Virus record (IMG/VR): IMGVR_UViG_2526164634_000010
Location: 1 to 31,230 of that record
DNA from: a virus
Lineage: Duplodnaviria; Heunggongvirae; Uroviricota; Caudoviricetes
DNA length: 31,230 nucleotides
Reading direction: 5' to 3' (one strand)
Shown here: piece by piece, positions 27,697 to 31,230 of the stretch
Position numbering within the stretch: the stretch's first letter is position 1
Layout: each line of letters opens with the position of its first letter
Translations under genes and position numbers: made by a program
The notes under the pieces: generated by a model
Databases searched by the model: none
Told to the model about the DNA's origin: nothing
What the model saw: the letters and a program-made list of their open reading frames with translations, nothing else

Positions 27697-28638
27697 ATGA
27701 TTACTTTTGATCAGGCAACCGTTGACAGCTCTGGTGCCTTTCTCATCGGGGAGCTGGAGCGACTCGACCAGACGCTGAACCTGCCACTGGTGGGGTACAC
27801 CTGGACCCGCGATATTCAGTTGCGTGAAGATGTCTCTATCGCAGATGACATTTCCAGCTGGACGAATACCAGCTTCGCCGCTGCGGGTACTGGTGCAAAT
27901 CCGAATGGCAAAAACTGGGTAGGCAAAGACTCAACCGCTATTGCTGGCGTGAACGTGGATACCGGCAAATCCGGTAACCCGCTGAACCTGTGGGGGATGG
28001 AACTTGGCTGGACGGTCATAGAATTGCAGGCTGCTCAGCAGGTCGGCCGCCCGATTGATACGCAGAAGTATGACGGGATGCAACTGAAATGGCAGATGGA
28101 TAACGATGAACAGGTATATGTTGGCGATTCCGCATTAAACCTGAAAGGCCTTGTTACCCTGGACGGCGTGCCTGTCAACAACGCTGCCAAAACGTGGGCA
28201 ACCTCAACACCGGACGAAATCCGCGCAAGCATTAACCAGGTGCTGTCTGATGCGTGGGCCGCTTCTGGTTACTCTGTGGTCCCGCGTGATTTGCTGATCC
28301 CGCCTGAACAGTTTGCTCTGTTGTCCAGCATCATCGTTTCATCTGCGGGTAACCAGTCCCTGTTGACGTACCTTCAGACCAACACCATCAGCTATCACCA
28401 GAACGGTGTTCCGCTGAATATCCGCGCGGTTAAATGGCTGAAAGGCCGTGGTGTGGGGAATAAGGATCGCATGGTTGCGTACACCAACGATAAAAAATAC
28501 GTCCGCTACCCGCTGGTTCCGCTTCAGAGCGTGCCGGTGCAGTATCGCGGCCTGTATCAGATCGTCACTTACTACGGCAAGCTGGGTGCAGTCGAGCCAG
28601 TGTATAAAGAAACTCTGTCCTATGTGGACGGTATCTGA
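27697..28638 (+). CDS. major capsid protein (DUF2184-like, HK97-fold family)
   Basis: 313 aa; strong RBS AAGGAAC; followed by a strong stem-loop; position after scaffold and decoration genes. Confidence 0.7.
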   Translation: MITFDQATVDSSGAFLIGELERLDQTLNLPLVGYTWTRDIQLREDVSIADDISSWTNTSFAAAGTGANPNGKNWVGKDSTAIAGVNVDTGKSGNPLNLWGMELGWTVIELQAAQQVGRPIDTQKYDGMQLKWQMDNDEQVYVGDSALNLKGLVTLDGVPVNNAAKTWATSTPDEIRASINQVLSDAWAASGYSVVPRDLLIPPEQFALLSSIIVSSAGNQSLLTYLQTNTISYHQNGVPLNIRAVKWLKGRGVGNKDRMVAYTNDKKYVRYPLVPLQSVPVQYRGLYQIVTYYGKLGAVEPVYKETLSYVDGI

Positions 28639-28648
28639 TAACCAGAAT

Positions 28649-28664
28649 GGCCCCGAAAGGGGCC
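28649..28664 (+). other. GC stem-loop ggcccc-gaaa-ggggcc after the capsid gene
   Basis: Perfect 6-bp stem with GAAA tetraloop 10 nt after the capsid stop; no T-run. Confidence 0.4.
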
Positions 28665-28678
28665 TGAAGGAAACTGAA

Positions 28679-29047
28679 ATGGCGAAAGAAAAGCTGGTTA
28701 CCATCCATGTTCACACCCCGTTTACGCTGACGCTCGGCGATCAGTCAAAACAGGAGTTTGGCCGGGGACGGCATAACGTACCGGAAGAGGTCGCGTCGCA
28801 CTGGTTCACCCAGGCGCACTCTGAGCTTTCCGAAAGCGTGATTAGCGACACCGATGATCTGCAACCCATTATCGACGGCCTGCAAGCGCAGATTGCCGAC
28901 AAAGATAAGCTGATTGCCGATCTTAAAGATGCATTGCTCAAACTGCAGGAGCAGAACGACAGCCTGCAGGCGCAGATTACTGCCGCCCGGACTGGCGGTA
29001 ATGGGGCTAAAGATGTCAAAGAATCAAAGTCTGCCAGCGGTAAGTGA
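28679..29047 (+). CDS. hypothetical head-associated protein with coiled-coil C-terminus
   Basis: 122 aa from ATG 28679 (GGAAACTGAA upstream); the track ORF from 28448 overlaps the capsid gene and is rejected as start; heptad-like [33 protein letters not shown]. Confidence 0.5.
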   Translation: MAKEKLVTIHVHTPFTLTLGDQSKQEFGRGRHNVPEEVASHWFTQAHSELSESVISDTDDLQPIIDGLQAQIADKDKLIADLKDALLKLQEQNDSLQAQITAARTGGNGAKDVKESKSASGK

Positions 29048-29420
29048 TTTTCGCCGCGACTTCCCGCAGTTTGCTGACCCGGCAAAATATCCCGACGCCC
29101 AAATCGGGTTCCGTCTGAATCTGGCCGATGAACTGCTGAGCGAAAATGTCACCGGCAAAAAGTTGTTTCCGTACTTTGCCGGGTTGTTCGTTGCTCACTA
29201 CATGACGCTCTGGGCGGCTGACAGCAGAGCGATGCTGGCTGGTGGTCCGGGCGGTTCAACCAATGGTGTTCAGTCCTCAAAGTCCGTGGATAAGGTAAGC
29301 GTCAGCTATGACACCAGCGCGACGCTGAATCCTGATGCAGGTTTCTGGAATAACACCCGATATGGCGCTGAATTTTATCAGTTGATCACGATGTTCGGTG
29401 CAGGCGGTCGCCAGCTATGA
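29013..29420 (+). CDS. DUF4054-like head-tail connector protein
   Basis: 135 aa from ATG 29013 ([20 protein letters not shown]); family call from memory. Confidence 0.5.
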   Translation: MSKNQSLPAVSDFRRDFPQFADPAKYPDAQIGFRLNLADELLSENVTGKKLFPYFAGLFVAHYMTLWAADSRAMLAGGPGGSTNGVQSSKSVDKVSVSYDTSATLNPDAGFWNNTRYGAEFYQLITMFGAGGRQL

Positions 29421-29971
29421 GTTTCAAAAGCGGTGTAACAACGAGGGTGGATAACGCTAAGGCCATTCTGGATGCGCTCAGGTCGTTAACCAAAAAAGAT
29501 GTGCTGGTCGGCATCCCTTCGGAAGACAGCGAACGGGATGATGTTCCGTTTGGTAATGCGGGCATCGGTTACCTCAACGAATACGGCTCACCAGAGCAGA
29601 ACATCCCGCCACGACCTCACCTGGTCCCCGGCGTTAAATCGGCAGAAGAGCAGACGGTGCCGCAGCTTAAAGCCGCGGCGCAGGCTGCACTTGATGGTAA
29701 TGCTGCGGGAGCAGAAAGTGCACTCAACCGTGCCGGAACGCTGGCCGTTAATGGCGTCAGGCGTTACATGACCATTACCGGCTTTACGCCGCTTGCTGAC
29801 AGTACTGTTGAAGCCCGGGCTCGTCGGGGGCGCAAGGGGGCAACACTGGAACTTGCCCGGCGTGTTGCTGGCGAATCTCCCGGAACCGATCTGGCGAAAC
29901 CATTAATTGACACCGGGCAATATCGCAGAGCTATTACCCATGTAGTGAGGGATAAAGATGCCGACTCTTGA
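29417..29971 (+). CDS. hypothetical virion structural protein
   Basis: 184 aa; start overlaps previous stop (ATGA); structural block. Confidence 0.5.
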   Translation: MSFKSGVTTRVDNAKAILDALRSLTKKDVLVGIPSEDSERDDVPFGNAGIGYLNEYGSPEQNIPPRPHLVPGVKSAEEQTVPQLKAAAQAALDGNAAGAESALNRAGTLAVNGVRRYMTITGFTPLADSTVEARARRGRKGATLELARRVAGESPGTDLAKPLIDTGQYRRAITHVVRDKDADS

Positions 29972-30347
29972 TGTAACAGATGTGCTTTTTGACCCCGATT
30001 TTTGCGACTTCAATTTGTGGGTAACACGCCGTGTGCAAACGGTGGATGAGGACGGAATCGGCAGCGACAGCGAAGTTAAAAAGCAGTTTGCCGGAGTCGT
30101 TACTGTTGATCGCTCTCTGGAAAACCGTCGTATGCAGGCCGGGCAGGTAATCAGTGGTGCAATTCTGATTGTGACGACTGAGCGACTGACGCAGGGACAG
30201 ACTGGCCGTGATGCCGATATCGTGACGTATCAGGGCCGTGATTACCGTGTGACCTTCGTCGACCCGTATACAGCTTATGGGGCCGGATTCGTTCAGGCGC
30301 ATTGTGAGTTGATGCCGTTTGATGGGGGAACTCCGGTTGAGCAATAA
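29958..30347 (+). CDS. hypothetical head-tail joining protein
   Basis: 129 aa; GAGGGATAAAG RBS; structural block. Confidence 0.5.
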   Translation: MPTLDVTDVLFDPDFCDFNLWVTRRVQTVDEDGIGSDSEVKKQFAGVVTVDRSLENRRMQAGQVISGAILIVTTERLTQGQTGRDADIVTYQGRDYRVTFVDPYTAYGAGFVQAHCELMPFDGGTPVEQ

Positions 30348-30885
30348 CACCAGTACAGAGCGCGGATGGTTAATACCAACCAGTGGCGATCCGGATTATG
30401 ACGAAGCGCTCGACAGGCTGTTAAGCCAGTGGATACGTAACGTTTCCGGTCTGTCTGCCGGGATGGTTCGCCCGCGCTGGCAGAAAGAGCAGCCGCCACT
30501 GCTACCGGTTGAAACGAACTGGTGTGCGTTTGGGGTTATCGGATGGTCAGGTGATGACAGTCCGGCATTCACCAGACAGACCGATGATGGCTCTCAGCTC
30601 TGGCGGCATGAAACGATTGAGTGTATGGCTTCGTTTTATGGACCGGCGGGGATGGTGTATGCGTCCCGGTTTCGTGACGGTATATCTGTGCCGCAGAACA
30701 ATGCAGCACTGAATGCGCTGGGGCTGTCTCTTGGCGATTACACAGGTCTGACTCCCTTCCCTGAACTTATTAATCAGCAATGGGTCCGCCGCTACGATAT
30801 GACGGTGCGCCTGCGCCGGAAGGTTGTGCGCGAGTACGGTATTAAATCGCTGGTGGATGCACCAGTCATCTTTTTCGGAGATTAA
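30322..30885 (+). CDS. hypothetical virion structural protein
   Basis: 187 aa from ATG 30322 (track ORF begins at TTG 30319); overlaps previous gene by 26 nt. Confidence 0.45.
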   Translation: MGELRLSNNTSTERGWLIPTSGDPDYDEALDRLLSQWIRNVSGLSAGMVRPRWQKEQPPLLPVETNWCAFGVIGWSGDDSPAFTRQTDDGSQLWRHETIECMASFYGPAGMVYASRFRDGISVPQNNAALNALGLSLGDYTGLTPFPELINQQWVRRYDMTVRLRRKVVREYGIKSLVDAPVIFFGD

Positions 30886-30888
30886 GCT

Positions 30889-31230
30889 ATGGCACAGGGC
30901 TTGCCTGTATCAAACGTTGTTAATGTTGATGTGATCATGTCGCCGCGTGCAGCATCAGGGCGAAATTTTGGTGCATTACTCATTCTCGGCCCGTCCACAA
31001 TCATTCCGGTAAGTGAGCGCATTCGCCGTTATTCTGCCGCGGAAGATATTGGAAAAGATTTTGGCGTGGAATCACCAGAATATAAGGCTGCGCAGGTGTT
31101 TTTCTCTCAATCACCGAAACCTCAGGAGGTTTTTGTTGGTCGTTGGGTGAAAACGAAGGGAGACAGCGAACAGGCCACGCCTGAGACGCTGGAGCAGGCT
31201 GTGAATGCCATGCTTGATTATACTTCATGG
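30889..31230 (+). CDS. structural protein, 5' partial (possibly DUF3383/tail sheath-like); runs off window end
   Basis: ATG 30889, open frame to the end of the window (114 codons, MAQGLPVSNVVNVDVIMSPRAASGRNFGALLILGPS...); absent from the ORF track because no stop lies in the window. Confidence 0.45.
   Translation, partial: MAQGLPVSNVVNVDVIMSPRAASGRNFGALLILGPSTIIPVSERIRRYSAAEDIGKDFGVESPEYKAAQVFFSQSPKPQEVFVGRWVKTKGDSEQATPETLEQAVNAMLDYTSW

Noticed and set aside
28448-28678. Upstream extension of the 28679 gene (track ORF starting at 28448) overlapping the major capsid gene
   Set aside because: The extension overlaps the capsid 3' end and the strong inter-genic hairpin; an ATG with an upstream purine-rich stretch at 28679 right after the hairpin gives a more plausible start.

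Overview
The window starts in E. coli-type host chromosome (OhsC/ShoB type I toxin-antitoxin locus and the yfhL ferredoxin gene, 1-916) and then runs through about 30 kb of an integrated, mosaic temperate phage that continues past the right edge. Prophage order, left to right: tyrosine integrase (+), AlpA/Xis-like regulator, a leftward early operon carrying a replication/repair module (SNF2 helicase, VRR-NUC nuclease, small Zn-binding protein, a TIR/SLOG-like protein, family A DNA polymerase, DUF2815-like and DUF2800-like proteins, a 300-aa hypothetical), a cI/cro-type immunity switch, a primase-polymerase/P-loop NTPase replication protein followed by an iteron-type candidate origin, a Q-type antiterminator, an IS66-family insertion with intact target-site duplication, a lambda-like lysis cassette (dual-start holin, R-type transglycosylase, Rz with embedded Rz1), small and large terminase, portal, head-morphogenesis, scaffold, major capsid and head-completion genes, ending in a truncated structural gene. 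Two low-GC membrane-protein genes sit antisense inside the leftward operon. The most promising candidate for an undescribed function is the two-domain TIR/SLOG-like protein at 5706-6467, followed by the two low-GC morons and the leader/small-protein/terminator arrangement just downstream of the putative pL. All calls are made by eye from the sequence and remembered family signatures; no database search or computation was run, and no rRNA, tRNA or CRISPR array was seen.
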